From: Camelus dromedarius
Taxonomy: Eukaryota
Reading direction: 5' to 3'
NCBI RefSeq assembly: GCF_036321535.1
Contig: NC_087437.1
Coordinates: forward strand, 60,328,001-60,392,000
Length of the DNA stretch: 64,000 bases
Positions within the stretch are counted from its first letter, which is position 1, and each line of letters opens with the position of its first letter. This document shows, piece by piece, positions 13,401 through 27,439 of this stretch. A program made the translations under genes and the position numbers. The notes under the pieces were generated by a model that saw nothing but the letters and a program-made list of their open reading frames with translations, had not been told where the DNA came from and made no database searches.

Positions 13401-15742
13401 AAATTTATACACTGTACCTCCAATATGCATAATTAGTGGGGTCCTTTACTTTCCATAACTGATGATTTTGACCTCTAGAGCCCCAAATCCCACTAAGGAG
13501 CAGGAAAAAAATAAATTCATCAAGCCAAAGATCTCAGGGAGGTTTTTTTTGAGGGAGGATGGGAGTAAAGGAGATGTTGTTTTATTTGTTTTTTCCAATT
13601 ATCACAGTTTCTTTTGAACAAGTATTTAAATAACTCAGAGCTCAAACTTCTTCCCAGGCTGTCTCCTTCTCTCGGTTTTGCTCCTCCTCTCCTCCTGAGA
13701 AGTTTGGTCCTTGTCCTCTGGGTTCTCACACCCTAAGTCCCTACTGCGCCTGCTCGCAGGTCCCTATTCACACCTGCAAGTCCACGCTGCAGAAGCTCTC
13801 GGCCTGGTCTCTAGGCCTGGCTGCCAGATGTGATGTCCCCTCCCCTCTCCTCCCTGCTGCTGACTCAGTGGCGCCCCTGGTCTCACTGGTGCAGCAGGCC
13901 TGGGTCTCAGCCTGTCCCTTGTGTCATGGGCAGCCCTCCTCACAGTCTCTGCTTTGGGTCACTCCCCACTGTGGTGGGCCTGTTGGCCTCAGCTGACCTT
14001 CTGTGTTCCCCACTGGGGGCCCCCAGCAGCTCCTTGCTCAGACTGGGGAACACCACGCTGGGGGACAGTTCTGCCTTGGGCCTGCTCTCTGCTCCATGAG
14101 CCCACCCCAGGTCAGTGTGGGGTCCTCTAAGGCAATCTAAGAAGAGGAGCACAGACTACTGCTCTAGAATCTTCCTCAACTGAACTGATGGTCTTCAATC
14201 CTCCACTTCTGTGCCCTTCTTCCCTTCCCTCTTGCCTCCCCATCCTCCTCCCCACATTGAAAGGGCTTTCTTCCCCCCCAGCTGTTTGACAGGGACGTTC
14301 CCTGTATCAGGTCCTCCTCCTTCCTGGAGTGCTGTTCATCTTTTCTCTTTCTTAGAGCCACAAAAGCAGAATGACTGCAAGAAGACAATATAAGGAAGGT
14401 ATTTAGAAAAGTATTATCCTTATTCCTCTGGTAGCACTAAAAATTAAATCCAAACGTGTCCAACTCTAAAGCTTTGTTGTCAACCACCATGTTATAGATC
14501 CCCAAACTACTAAACTAGAGTAGGGTAGATCTGGGATTGAACTCAGGTCTAATGCAACTTCAAAATCCAAGCTTTTCCATTACACCATTTTTCCTTTCTC
14601 CTTCCACCAACAGAAAGCAACCCCAGACCCTGTCCCCTCCAGACATATCCTGGGGCCTCTATTCTGTACCATAGCAGGTGCAGAGCCCCAGAGCCCTCAC
14701 TTCAGTGTCTGCACCCGCTTCCTCCCGCCCGAGCAGAGTCCATGGGATCTCTAGTGTTGACTCAAGAGGGAGTTAGGAGCAGAAATGCAGAAGACCTGTC
14801 TTCAGAAGCACCTGTGCTTTTGCTTGCTTGCTTTGGCTCACTTAAAGTAAGCCTGAGCGGCCTTTTAATAGGTTTGTTTTGTGGTCGGTTTATTCCTCCG
14901 ACAGGGTGAGTAGATTTCACTTAGCTGTGTAAAGGAGGAGAGGCGGTGTGTAAGCCAAGCGAAGCAGCAAACATCAGACCAGGCCGAAGGATGATGATGT
15001 TTCCCACCGGCCTCAAAAACCCTCTTGAGAAGCTTACTCTGCTGGTTTGGTGCAAGCTTTGTTTTATTTTGTTTTCCCCTCAGCCAGATATTCAGAATCT
15101 GTTTCACTCACCTGGAAAGTTGCATAGTCTTGACAAGCACAAGGCAATTAAGAGATTCCCAGCTGCTCCTGCTGCTACTACGTATTCTCAGGGATGGAGA
15201 AAGGACTGTTGGCCTCTCAGATGTGCCTTTGCTGGTAAGTAGAGGTGGAGAAGTGAGGCAATTTCCCAGATTATTCTGATACACATTAACTGTATTTACC
15301 CAAAATATGCTGGGTCATAATTTTTACATAGAGGCAGAAGTGAGGCATCTCCTGGATTATCTCAGTTCTTTTCTACAGGCTTGGAGAAACCCAGTCTAAG
15401 AATTTAATTTAGCAACCACTTACTGAGTTTCTGATGCACAAGAGAAAGGGTCTGGGCAGATCAGCACTTTGATTACAAAGACAAAGAAGATATTGTCTTG
15501 AACCTCATGTGTTTTCTGGCTGGTGGGGGCAGGTGAGGGTGATTCAGCATATAGTGCCTTGCTCCCCTTAGGAAAATCCTGTGCCTTAACCCTGCCCCTT
15601 ACCCGACTGCTTCACAGCCTGATTTGTACAAAGATTGGTTCACATGCACTGCCTCTAAGTCCCCTCCTCCTTCTGCTCCCCGCAGTCCTCTGATCCTGCT
15701 TTAACTATCACATTTATGTGCACATTTTAGTCTTTATCTTAC

Positions 15743-15853
15743 TAGGGTTGCCATATTTAGCAGATAAAAGTAGAGGATATACTTACACTAAAAAAATTTG
15801 TTTCAATCTGAAATTCAAATTTAATTGGGCACTCTGTATTTTTATTTGGAAAC
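15743..15853. mobile_element. MER53-like DNA element (internally deleted)
   Basis: tagggttgccatatttagcagataaaa...atacttacactaaaaaaatt...atctgaaattcaaatttaattgggca...tgtattttttatttg. Confidence 0.65.
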
Positions 15854-15869
15854 ATATCTCATAGGACTT

Positions 15870-17030
15870 GTCTGCCACTTGTAACCTAGAGATTGTTCCT
15901 TCCTTCTTGAAGTCCTTTAGCAGATGTGACATTGACTGACATCACTCACTCCTGATCTTCTTTCTTCCCCTTGGACCACCCCTCAGTCTCTCATGTTGCT
16001 GCCTCAGAGCTGCAGCCTCTGTTCTCTCTCCCTCACTCTTCCCAGGGCGCCTTCAACAGAGTCATGGCCTCAGCCCTGTGGTTCCACATGGGTGGGTCTA
16101 CTTCTAGCCTAGAGAGTACACTTGCTGTACTCACTCCAAATCTCTGTACCTCATGGTCCTTTAGGCAACTCCAAGATGTATCACAGTTCCCCAAACTCTG
16201 TACATTTCAAATTTTACTCATCTGTCCTCCATTTCTGCTCCTCCCAATCTCAATGATTTTATACCATCACCCAACCCACTCCCAAGTCAGAAACCCTGCA
16301 GTGACTCTCAATTCTGTCCTCTCCCTCCCCCAACATCCAATTTGTCTCCATGATGGTTTCTATCTTCTAAAGATCTCCCATCCATCCTGCACTTCCCCTC
16401 TGCCATTGCCCTATTACAGGCCCTCATCATCTCTCACCTAGATCATTGCAGTAGCCTCTTAATTGATCTCTCTGCTTCCCTTCCAATACCCTCCCATATG
16501 TCTTCCACACTGTCTCCAGAAGGATTTTTGCCAACACAAAAGTTGCATTATGCCCTTCACTTGCTTCATTGCTTCCTCATCAACCATTGGGTAGCTTGTC
16601 ATATGGAACTCTTCACCACCTGGTAAATGTTCACCTCGCCAAGCTCATCTGCTGAAAATCACAGCCATGCTGAAAATATACTCTCTTCCCCAGGCACTTC
16701 ACACACGTCATGGTTTTTTCTGCAGTGTACTCTTCCTCACACTTGAAACCACAGAAAACTACTCATCCTCCCAGCCTCAGGTCAAGCTTTGCCTCCTTCA
16801 GAAGCCTTCCTACATCGCCGGGGAAGGATGGGATGCTCCCTGCTCTGTGTTCCTCCAGCTGCTAGAGGCTAACACTTTGTATTAACCTCTGTTAGAAAGC
16901 TCTCTAGAATGATGATTTGTTTGCAAGTCTTGAATGCCCTGTAATTGTTTGCACATTGTACCAGACCCTGAACTCCTTGAACGCAAGGACCATATATTTT
17001 GTTTAGTTTTATTAATATTTAGAACTTTAA
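15870..17030 (+). mobile_element. LINE-2 3' fragments
   Basis: Pyrimidine-rich L2 motifs: catcatctctcacctagatcattgcagtagcctcttaattgatctc, ccaagtcagaaaccctgcagt, ctcccagcctcaggtcaagctttgcctccttcagaagccttcc. Confidence 0.75.
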
Positions 17031-17128
17031 AAATATCTTTAAGAATATAGAACCTAATACAAACAATGCCTGTGTTTCAATTTTCCAGAGTTGACCACTA
17101 TTAGTATTGTTTTATTTACTTCCAATAT

Positions 17129-18412
17129 ATTTTTAAATTGAAATATAGTCAGTTACAATGTGTCAATTTCTGATATATAGCATAATGTCCCAGCTGTACA
17201 TATACATACATATATTCATTTTCATATTCTTTTTCATTAAAGGTTATTACAAGATTTAGTTCCCTGTGCTATATAGAAGAAATTTGGTTTTTTTAATCTA
17301 TTTTTATATATAGTGGTTAACATTTGCAAATCTCAAACTCCCAAATTTATCTCTTCCCACCCTCTTTCCCTGGTAACCATAAGACTGTTTACTATGTCTG
17401 TGAGTCTGTTTCTTTTGTAGGTGAGTTCATTAGTGTTCTCTTTTTTCTTTTTTCTATTTTTAAATTCCACAAATGAGTAATAGCCTATGGTATTTTCCTT
17501 CTCTATCTTCACTTAGAATGATGATTTCCAGGTCCATCCACATTGCTGTAAATGACATTATTCTTTTTTTGTGGCTAGTAGTATTCCATTGTATAAATAT
17601 ACCACAACTTACTTATCCAGTCATCTGTTGATGGACATTTAGGTTGCTTCCATGCCTTGCCTATTGTATGTAGTGCTACTATGAACATTGGGGTGCATGT
17701 ATCTTTTCAAATTAGAGTTCCCTCTAGATATATGCCGAGTAGTGGAATTGCTGGATCATATGGAAAGTCTATTTTTAGTTTTTTGAGGACTCTCCATACT
17801 GTTTTCCACAGTGACTGCACCAAACTACGTTCCTACCAGCAGTGTAGGAGATGTCTCTTCTGTCCACACCCGCTCCAGCATTTGTCATTTGTGGACTTCT
17901 GAATGATGGCCATGCTGACTGGTGTGAGGTGATACCTCATTGTAGTTTTGATTTGCATTTGTCTGATAATTAGCGATATTGAGCATTTTTTCATGTGCCT
18001 ATTGGCCACTTGTATGTCTTCAATGGAGAATTGCTTATTTAAGTCTTCTGACCATTTTTGGATGGGGTTGTTTATGTTTTTCTTATTAAGTTTTATGAGC
18101 TGTTTATATATTCTATAAATAAGCCTTTGTCAGTTGCATCATCTGCAAACATTTTCTCCCAATCCATAGGTTTTGCTTATGGTTTTCTTTGCTGTGGAAA
18201 AGTTTATGAGTTTAATTAGGTCCTATTTGTTTATTTTTGCTTTTATTTCTAGTGCCTAGGTAGATTGTCCTGAAAGAACATTCCTAAGATTTATATCAAA
18301 GAATGTTTTGCCTACGTTTTCTTCTAGGAGGTTTATTGTGTCTTATCTTATATTTAAGTCTTTAAGCCATTTTTTTTAAGCCAAGTTTATTTTTGTGTAT
18401 GGTGTGAGGGAG
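17129..18412 (-). mobile_element. Relatively young 5'-truncated LINE-1 with perfect 14-bp TSD
   Basis: TTTACTTCCAATAT at 17115-17128 and 18413-18426 flanks reverse-strand L1 3' UTR and ORF2 end (gatggacatttaggttgcttccatg, ggtgtgaggtgatacctcattgtagttttgatttgcattt). Confidence 0.95.
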
Positions 18413-21400
18413 TTTACTTCCAATATTATCCTTTTGATCCTCCTCTCACCCTTCAGAGGCAAAATTGGAAGCAAAGGAATCAGACAAAGGAATCCTAGAG
18501 TAGGTGTTTAAGAAGTGCTGGGGTGGGGTGCAGGGTAATCTGGGAGGAACAGGAAAGGATGAAATGTAATCAGCCAAGGCATTTTTATAATGGGCTTTGA
18601 AATAGCAGAAATCTACCTTTTTCTTAAAAATGCTATTTTCCCAATGACTGACAGAGCACTTGTGAGCTCTAAACTGGTGGCAAACTGAAAACATTAAATG
18701 AAAGAAAATCTTGCTTTATGTGGTTTTAGCTTTAAAAAAAAAAAAAAGAGAGAGAGATTTTGAAGAACATGGCAACACTTCAAGTCCTGGTGAAGCTTAC
18801 TTTGAGTTTGTTCTGGTGCATATTCAAAGAACTCCCTCAACCAGGTGAAAAGACTGCACCAAAATACTAATTGTGATTGTCTTTGGGAGCAAAATTGGAG
18901 GCTTTTAGTTTTTCGGTTTGCCAATGTGCATTTTTTAGAGCAATGAAGAACAGGGAGACTGCTTTAAAAACTATATTCAAGGAAAATTAAATAATTTGAT
19001 TTTTTTTTCATAAGACACATAGAGGATTTGAAGAGCAAGAGATTATATGCTGATAGCCTCAAATCTGAAGCTTGAACTTTAATGAGATTTCTCCCTGTCA
19101 TGATTATGGACTGACTGTACCACCCAGGGAACAAACAGCTGACCTCAAATCACATGCCAATATATTCACAATTAAACAATCATTCAAGAAGCTATAAAGC
19201 ACACAAAATGCATAGTGGCTAAAAATAATAAACAAATGAAGCTTCTGTGTTTTCTTGCCTGAGAACAAGGGGCCTGTTCTTTTAGTATTTATAGTGAAAT
19301 AGTGAGACTCTGTGGGAAAAAAACAGCAGTTGGTAAATGTTCTGAGTGAGGCATTGCAAACATGTCACTGAAGCTGGGTGCTTCTGACTTCACCTGTGGT
19401 TGGCTAAGGATGAAGGATGAGCAGGTGGCCAGTGGGCCTCTAGAAATCCAGTTCAACACAGAAAATGACCATTCTGAAACCTCATTTGTTTTCCTTCTTA
19501 ATTTTTTTTCCCTTCTGGATTTTAAAACAGAAGAAGTATTTCATAGTGAGAAAGTGATTTATTTAGAGGTTTCCTGCATATACTACTAAAACAAGACTGT
19601 GTTTTTCTAAAGGTGACATTTCTTTTTCAGACAGATTACAATTGATGAAACATTAAAACTGAGAAAATCTTGCAAAATTTGGAAGCATTTTGAAAGCAGA
19701 ACAGTTTTCTCCACGTATTCAGTCCTGTGCATTTGGCATAGAGAGAGCAACACAGTGCTCGATTTGGTTTCTTTCCATTAGATCCTCACTTGGGTTTAGT
19801 TGTTTTTAGTTTCCCTTGCTTCTTGGGAGAGGAGAGTTGTGCTAATGCTTGCTATTCGCACATCCAAACGATGTGGGTAGTTTTTGGCAATCTCTGCACT
19901 CTCCAGCCCTGAAATACCTTTTTAGCGTGGGGTCAGACAGCCACATTCCCAGGGAACAGCTTGCCAGGACGCCACGGGGTGCAACCAAATCCTATAGTGT
20001 GAAATGGAGGAATGGTGACGGCACTGGTGTCTGATGGACAGTGAACTGAGGATGGCAGGTCAGCCTACCAGGCTCCATTCCAGTGAATGCCCTTTAGAGA
20101 GTTGACCTTCTGTTTTTTGGCCCTCTCTCTACCAGATACCATGTGGAATTCTGGTAATAATTTTGGAAATAATTGAAGGTGTTCATTCTTTCAGTAGATC
20201 AGTCAGTCCACAAATCTTTCTTGGGTACCTGCAATGTGTTAGGCGCTAGTAGATGCAAATAATTTCACAAAAATAGAAACTTAGACCTGGGAGAGTATTT
20301 CATAATTTACCTGTTCATCTCTGTTATGTCAAAGAAGATAAAACAGATATGGTCCTTGCACTCAAAAAGTTTATAATCCAGTAGGGGAGATAAAGCATAA
20401 AGTAGATAAATTACTACCTTACAGAATAGAATACATGTCACAAGAGAAAAAGCAAGTTCCCAGCCAGGGAACGAACAGCTATCCTGTAGTCACGAGGTAG
20501 CACTTTCACAGTTCAGAGAGTTTGAAAAGAGGAGAGACCACATTCAGCTTTGTGTTGGGGCTGTGTCTAGACAGGACCTGCATGGTGGAATTTGGATGTG
20601 CGAGTATGCTGGCTAGAGTGGCTGTACTTTGGTCGCCTTGAAGATATTTAAAGTGTGCTCGCTTGGTTTTAAGGCTCAACATCTTCAGGAAAATATGCAT
20701 GCCAACCATTTGGTTGCCTTTGCAGCACCCATACTTTGAAATTTAGCAGCATTTTGGAGCCTAAAAGATAATCAGATCATGACCAATAATTCATGTACAA
20801 TTAAACTTAACAGTAGAAGGTCTGTCTCACACATGGGCCATTTGCTAAAGCCACACTATTTAAGAGCTAATGTTTGTTCCAATTGTGGGGGAATAATTTG
20901 CAGACTTCAGTGGCTTAGATCATTAATTTGGTTCTAAAATTTACAACCCTCTAATATAATCTCACAGATTCATCATGCTGCCTAGGGAATGAGACTTCTC
21001 CTGGCTGAAAGATAGTTATTCAGTAAACACTTTTTGTTTTAAGTCTTTATCCTGATCATTGTTTTAATATGGTGTTGAATGATAGCTCATTTTGGTAATG
21101 AATATGTTATTTTTCTCTTGGGTGATTCAATATCTTATGGCATCTCAAATTTCTCATTCTGAATTCTGAAACTACTGGTAAACTGTAGATACCGAAAGTG
21201 TAGTTTTTTAGATAAATGTGTACTGGCCCCAGACGATTCACTTTGAAAAAAAGTTTACTGATGAAATCCACTCTGGTAAAAGCATGCATATGTGTGTTGC
21301 TCTTCTTTCTTTCAAAAAGAGGAGAAAACAAGAGCGTTCTAAAAATAATAGCTCATTAGGGATCCTGATTAGTCTGTTTTACATTTATGGCTTCACTTGT

Positions 21401-23399
21401 AATCTGTGGCGCTCATCTGTCTTCATGACTCTCATGTCTTAATAATTGTCTGTGTCTGAGAAACCAAAGACAGCCCTTAGAAAGTCTTCTTACACCAAGA
21501 AAAATTATGAGGTTTGCCAAGTTCTGAGCTTGACACAGCCTTCTTTTCCCAACTGACTGGAACAAAAATATACTTCTTAAGAGTGTGTACAATAATCTGA
21601 AGACTTAGTTTGATTAAATAAAAATATAAGTTAGTCATATTTATCTCTGGATATTTTCTTAAGTTTTTACCATGCCAAAATAAACTACTACCACTGGAAG
21701 TCAAAAGCCATATAGACTGAATTGATGGTTTGAAACATTTCTTTTCATCTCAAATACACCTCTGTGATGAGGCAAACATGAAAATGAGAAGCAAACTTAA
21801 GTCTACTGACAAATATAGAAAATGTTTTGCATACCGAATGAGTGTGTCCATGTTTTTCTGTTTCCATCTGGATCCTTTTCAGTGTGATTACTTATTTTTA
21901 GGTTGGCATTTTAGAAGGAAGATGAAATGGCTTCAGGAAATGATGTGAAAGGTTAAGAAGATGGATGAGAAATGTAAGTCAAGAGCTGTCATGAAGGAAA
22001 ATGTATCCTCACGGTATTATGTTCAATGGATTTCTCAGAAAAACTAGATATCCAGATTTCTGCCAAATCTGTATCCTTGAGCCCTGGAAAATTGCACAGC
22101 TATGCCCTAGTGTAAAGGACTATGAGAGAAAATGGGGAACTTGAAGTAGCATGGGCACAGGGGAAGGCGGGTAAGCAAATCATGAAATGTAAACAGGCCC
22201 CAAACAGACTGGCACTATTTAAAACACAAAACCTTGGAGTCCTGGAGGAGAAGGAGGTAAGAACTAGAACAAGCGGACAATCTGGTCATATGACGTTGAA
22301 CCCAGACAGCCTACCAAAGCTGAATTACATAGTCTTCAAAATAGTGTTAAGGAAAGAAGTCCTGAGAATCCTAATAAATGTTAGCTATTTTCCTAACATT
22401 TTGAGGAACCCAAGATATTCTAGAAAGCTTCATATTCTGGTAACTCCTTTATGAAATAAGTCACAATGAAGTAGTCAGTTCTGGCTGTGTCTGTAAGTCT
22501 GCCATCAGGTGGGCACCAGGACAGACGAGGGCAGGGAGCACCTCCCCTGTGGCTTAGGTGCAGGCTTGTCTCTGATCACGCCAGGCCTGCTTCATCTGAC
22601 TCCTGATTATAGGTTCCCCTTGGGATTCACTCCCAACTTCTGAAATGGGTTTGGAATTTGTTCATCTTTGGCTGAGTCTGGGCTCTCTGTCAAGGCCTCA
22701 GCTCATATTCATCCTTAAAATCTTCCACTACAGACTGTTACAGTGACTCTCAGGCCCTCCCATTACCAATCTGGCTCTAGTCTGTAGAGACACAGCCTCA
22801 TCTATATAGGGCACCCTTGCCCCGGTGAAAGGGAAGTCCAGCAGGAGTTATGATTTTCACTAAGGATATGGAGGTTCACACAATGGACCTTTTCCTTCCT
22901 TGCCCGCCCTGCCCCCATACATGGAATCAGTCCTATACACTGGTCTGTCATTAATTAACATGATCTTTCTGCACCAACACAGAAGAGAAGACAGTCCAAG
23001 GTCTACCTAAGGTCTCTTCCCTCACTTTACTCTTCTTTTTCCCACTCTCCCTATCTTCCTTCCTTTCAAAAGCCTTTGCTGGGCTCCTATGAGCCAAGCC
23101 CTGTGTTAGGTGCTAGAATCATGAAGACGCTGTCCCTACCTTCTAAAAACTCACATTCTCGCGCCTTCTGCCTTAAAGAAATAAGACCAATCAAGACTAC
23201 ATGTTCCCAGACTTGTTCAACAGTTTGGGGGTTTTGCCTTTGTTTAACATGAGAAGGAACAGGAATTAATTTGTTCTTTGGCTCATACTAGCTACTTAAA
23301 GGCATTAGGTAGGGCTTTGGGGAGGAAGTGTATCTTAGCTTTAACTTCACCAGCCCAACTCTGCAGAATAATTTTTAAAAAAATCTTCGCTATGCATGT

Positions 23400-25030
23400 T
23401 TGTAAACTTCATTTTGAAATCATTATAGTTCATAGGAATTTGCAAAAATAGCTCATAGGGTCCCTTGAACCCAACTTCTCCCAATGGTGACATCTTATAT
23501 GACTATGGTACAATAGCAAAACCAGGAATTGATGTTAGGTAGAGTACAGACCTCATTTAATTTTCAGCAGTTTTCACGTGTGCTCATCTGTGTGTATGAA
23601 TGTGTTGTGTGTCTTTCTTCTCAATTTGACCCCACATAAATTGTGTAACCACCAGAACAATCAGGATACAGATTAGTTCCATCACCACAAAGGCACTCCC
23701 TTGTGCTACCTTTTAGGGTCACACCTCCCTAACCCATCCCTGGCCCCTGGCAACCATGAATCTGCTCTGTATCTCTGTAGTTTTGTCATTTGTGATTATA
23801 AATGGAACCATACAGTATGTAACCTTTGCAGATTGTCTTTCATCACAAATAATAGTCTTAAGATCTTCCAAGTGTTCGTATTTATCAATAACTTGTTCCT
23901 TTTTATTGCTGAGTAGTATGCCATTGTATGAATGTACCAGAGTTTAGCCATTCACCCATTGAAGATCATTTCTTTTGTTTCCAGTTTTGTTTACTAATAT
24001 GAATCGAGCTGCTGTGAACACAACCATAGTTTTTTATGTAAACATAAGTTTTCATTTTTCTGGCTTAAATGCCCAAGAGTGCAATTGCTGGGTATGTTAA
24101 TTGCATGTTTCACTTTAAGAGAAATTCTTGTTTGTTAGCTTTTAAAAAAAAAAAAAAGCTTTACTGAAGTATAACTGACATACAATAAACTGCATGTATT
24201 GACTCTGTGTGATTTTATGTTTTGACAAAAGTACATATCCTGAAACCATCACCACAATAAAGATAATGAATGCATCCTTTGCCCCCTAAAAGTTTCTTCA
24301 GGACTCTTGGTAATTCCTGACTCCTCCTTCCTGCCCTACCTTCCCCCTCAACCCATCCCAAGGCAACCACTGATCTGCTTTCCATTATGATAGTTTAGTT
24401 TTCATTTTCTAGAATTTTATATAAATGAGATCATGCTCTTTTCAGAGAATGTCTGGCTTCTTTCACTCAGCATAATTATTTTCATATTCATCCATATGTA
24501 TCAATAATTAATTCCTTTTCATTGCCAAATAGTATTCCATTCTATGGATATACAATTTGTTTATCCATTCTTCTGCTGATGGAAATTTGTGTGGTCTGCA
24601 GTTTTGGACATTACAAGCAAAGCTGTTATGAACATTGATGTGAAAAGTCTGGGTATAGATGTATGTTTTTATTTCTCTAGTGTAAATGCCTAACAGTTAG
24701 ATTATGTGGTAGATGTGTATTAAACTTCTTAGGAAAGTCATCGTATCATTTTCACTTTTCATCAGAAGTGTATGAGAGTTCCACTTGTTCCACATCTTTG
24801 CCAATACTTGGTTTAGTCTGTCTTTAATTGTAGACATGACACGCTAGTAGGCATGGTATTCCATTGTGGTTTTAATTTTCATTTCCTTTATTTCACATAT
24901 ATGAAAAAATATATCTATATGTATCTATATCATATATATATTCTATATATCTTCTTTGGTGAAGCGTCTGTTCTAGCATTTGCTCTTTCTAAATTGGGGT
25001 GTTTATTTTCTCATTATTAAGTTGTAAGAG
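23400..25030 (-). mobile_element. Two adjacent old LINE-1 3' fragments (L1MB/MC-like), junction near 24140
   Basis: Two copies of the cctggcaaccatgaatctg / aggcaaccactgatctgc motif, each followed by L1 3' UTR motifs. Confidence 0.8.
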
Positions 25031-27439
25031 TTTCCCAAGCATCCTTCCAATGAAAGTTCTCCCCACTCTTTTTATTTTATATTTTTATTGACAGATTAAG
25101 CTTCTGTTACTTTAAAGGAAAGTAGCACCCCCCCCCCCAATTAATTTTGACCACACCTTGTGAAGTGAAGAGAAATAGACTTATAGGAACCCAGGAAATG
25201 AGGTAGCAACAGATCTTGGCACAAAGGGAGGTCAACAAGATGTCTTCCTTGAGGAAGCGATACCTGGGGAAAGTTTTGTCCCTTCCTATTCCACCTGCTT
25301 TCTTGATCCCCTTTTTTTTGTTTTAGTCTCAGAATTATTCTTATTGTATTCAGCCTCAGCATCTCAGGCTTCTTTTTCCTCATTCTCTGTAATATTTATC
25401 AAATACCTACTAGGTGCCTGAAGCTGTGCTAAGGCTTCTGGGGAAACTAATGAAAAGAGAACTATCTATGCCCTCAAAGAGCTCTTAGCTCGGTACTGAT
25501 GACAGGGATGTCCACAAACACATTGCAAAGCAGACTGTGAAAATTTCAATAATAGAGGAATAAATAACACGTATGATAACAGAGAAGAGCAAAGCATCCT
25601 TCTAGGTTTAGAGAGGAGGTTGTAAGGGGTAAGTTAAGTGGGGGCTGATGATACAGCATCTAGAATGCCCAACAAATGTGCCATGGGAGGTCTCTAAACA
25701 GGAGTTTAATACTTCAGTCCTTGCTCCTTTCTGTTTATTCCTTTCAAGCTCACCCAAACTAAAATAATACAAGTAAAGTTTAAAATAGTATTTCATCTTC
25801 TGTTTTTCTGCAACATTAAAGATAATATCATTTCATGCATTTTGTATTGATAGTCTTTCTTTTTCTTAAGATTTTCTCTGAATGCTAAAGTAATACATAT
25901 AATGTGTAGAAACTTGAAAAAAAAAACATTTTTAAAGCATGATGACAGAAACTAACCATAATCCTTTCTCTCAGAGATAATTTCTACATGTTGAAATCTT
26001 TTTTTTAAGTTTCACAGGACAAAGACTTCCACTTATGGTTTTTATCATTATTGTTGAATTTTCTGAACTTTATGTAGTGCCTTCAAGTCAGGAGAATGTC
26101 TCCACGGCCCTCGATCTGAACCTCTCTCGGGGCATGTAGCTTTTCTACCCCGTATTATAGTACTTTGTGGACTTATTCCTCCTAGGTTGTGAATTCCTTG
26201 AGATGTGGATCTTGGTCTCACCTTTGTATTCTCCCCATATCCTTTACCACTGCTTTCCCAATATCTAACACAGGATCTCACTCCGTGAGGACTCAGTAAA
26301 TGTTGTTTGGATAAAAGGAAGGATGAATAGATGGATGAATGGATGTTTTAATTTTATTATACAGGTCAATGTTTTTTCCAAATTCTTTGGAGCTCTGGGG
26401 TTCAGCAGAAGGGGCTTAAGTTTACCATGCGGGATCTAAAGGGCTTTCCATGAGGGCAGGACTCTGGTGGCACTGCCTCTCCCAGTCCTACGCATCTTCA
26501 ACCAGATCAGTTCCACTTTTATTTGTGTTATGCAGTCGGGCTCCACTTAAGATTTTATTTTTTAAAGGTATTCTTTTGCTAAAAAGAAAAAGTTCTACAA
26601 CTACTAATGTAAATCCTGATTTGCTGATATAATTCACTGAAAAGGGGGGGGGGGAATGAATCCTAGTCTAATTTATACTACACTAGGTATAAATCATTCA
26701 ACCATTTTCAGACTAGATTCTCCTAAATTGAAAACAAGGGCTGCAGTATAGCAATAATGCAAGGGCTAATTAATGACTGAAGGTCAGTTAGATGTCCCAG
26801 GATTATTGGAAGACATCAGTGGACTCCCTGCTGGTAAATACCAGTATGTTTATGAGGAAAGCACTATTGAATTCTCCCAAGCCACTACACAATGTCTTTT
26901 ATACTCTGAGAGGAACTAACAAATTGGTAGTGGTGGCAAATATCTTTTAGTCTTCCCTAAATAATCTAACAAAGAGATGGGAGCAGGTTAAAGAACTCTA
27001 AAATTCTATCAGGTTTTTGTGTGCATCAAATTTTCTTGAGGCAGAGAATCTAAGCTTTTTTCCAAAACACCTAAATAGAAAAGGTTATAGGTCAGTAAGA
27101 ATGTTAACAACGGCCCTTAGACTTCTGAGTGAATATGACTTTGGCCAAGTCACATAAGTATGTCTGAGCATCAGTTTTCTCATCTGTAACCTGGTGTTAA
27201 TAATACCTGTCCCAGTTACCAAGAAAGGATGTCATGTACATGATGGAGGATAATGGAGGGGAAAGTGCTTTGTGAACCTCAATGTGCTGTATAAATGAAA
27301 GGAGCTATTGCCATTGCTTCTATGCAGGTAGAATCTTTTTGTTTTGGACCTTTCTCTGACAGGAGCCAGTGTCACTCCTCTTTATGTGTTTTCCCTTCTC
27401 TATCTTTTTGCCTCAGATTCTGGAGAAGCAGTCCACTCC

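Noticed and set aside
15971..16441. 156-aa ORF
   Set aside because: Lies inside a decayed LINE-2; pyrimidine-rich stop-poor frame.
19620..19780. Acceptor-like ttctttttcAG followed by a ~49-codon open frame
   Set aside because: No strong donor and no recognisable peptide.
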